NCBI GenBank assembly: GCA_000091205.1
Contig: AP006495.2
Origin: Cyanidioschyzon merolae
Taxonomy: Eukaryota
Strand: one strand, 5' to 3'
DNA: 64,000 nucleotides
The notes beneath the pieces are model-generated. The model did not search any database and was not told the origin of the DNA. It saw only the letters and a program-made list of their open reading frames with translations. Positions 63,994 through 64,000 of this stretch are shown one piece after another. The position numbers and the translations under genes are program-made. The first letter of the stretch is position 1; every line of letters starts with the position of its first letter.

Positions 63994-64000
63994 ATACGCG

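Noticed and set aside
1-64000. Kinetoplastid-style polycistronic unit (suggested by GC content, lack of introns and microsatellites)
   Set aside because: Gene orientation switches at almost every gene, which is incompatible with long co-directional trypanosomatid gene arrays.
1-64000. Prokaryotic defence or CRISPR-type system
   Set aside because: No direct-repeat/spacer array, no operon-like co-directional short-gap gene strings, and no Shine-Dalgarno-type spacing. The only RNA-guided-nuclease-like sequences are the eukaryotic Fanzor/TnpB remnants, which are frameshifted.

Overview
This window is GC-rich (about 55-60%) eukaryotic nuclear DNA with a compact, apparently intron-free gene set of roughly 20 conserved protein genes, about one per 3 kb. 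Strands alternate, so it is not a kinetoplastid polycistron, and there are no prokaryotic operons and no CRISPR array. Recognisable genes, in order, are: a Notchless-like WD40 protein (5' end truncated by the window start); NDUFB9-like complex I subunit; a fucosyltransferase-superfamily glycosyltransferase; an NDUFS1-like 75 kDa complex I protein lacking all N-terminal Fe-S cluster domains; a RING finger protein; an NAD-epimerase pseudogene; an Alba protein; RPL30; a LYR-motif protein; TCF25/Rqc1; dyskerin/Cbf5; an OLE1-type delta-9 desaturase fused to cytochrome b5; a DEAH-box helicase of the Prp43/DHX15/DHX35 type; a GT61 glycosyltransferase; a D/E-rich acidic protein; a gamma-type carbonic anhydrase; a DEK homologue; a coiled-coil membrane protein; a GGCT/AIG2-like domain protein with a C-terminal membrane anchor; and a large polytopic membrane protein. 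The accessory content is rich. Four degenerate TnpB/Fanzor-like RuvC-nuclease remnants of two subfamilies are present (C-x2-C zinc finger followed by HRDLNAAINL, HRDLNVAINI or DVNAAVNI motifs). Two of them are large inverted copies flanking a 12 kb four-gene block. There is a five-copy SINE-like dispersed repeat of about 160 bp, three minisatellite arrays, and many microsatellites, some of which create long spurious ORFs. The window is unusually enriched for respiratory complex I genes (NDUFB9, NDUFS1-like, gamma-CA, a LYR protein and a possible NDUFS4) and for ribosome biogenesis genes. The combination of gamma-CA, DEK, no introns and high GC suggests an intron-poor protist or alga rather than a fungus or animal. 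Exact taxon cannot be determined from the sequence alone.
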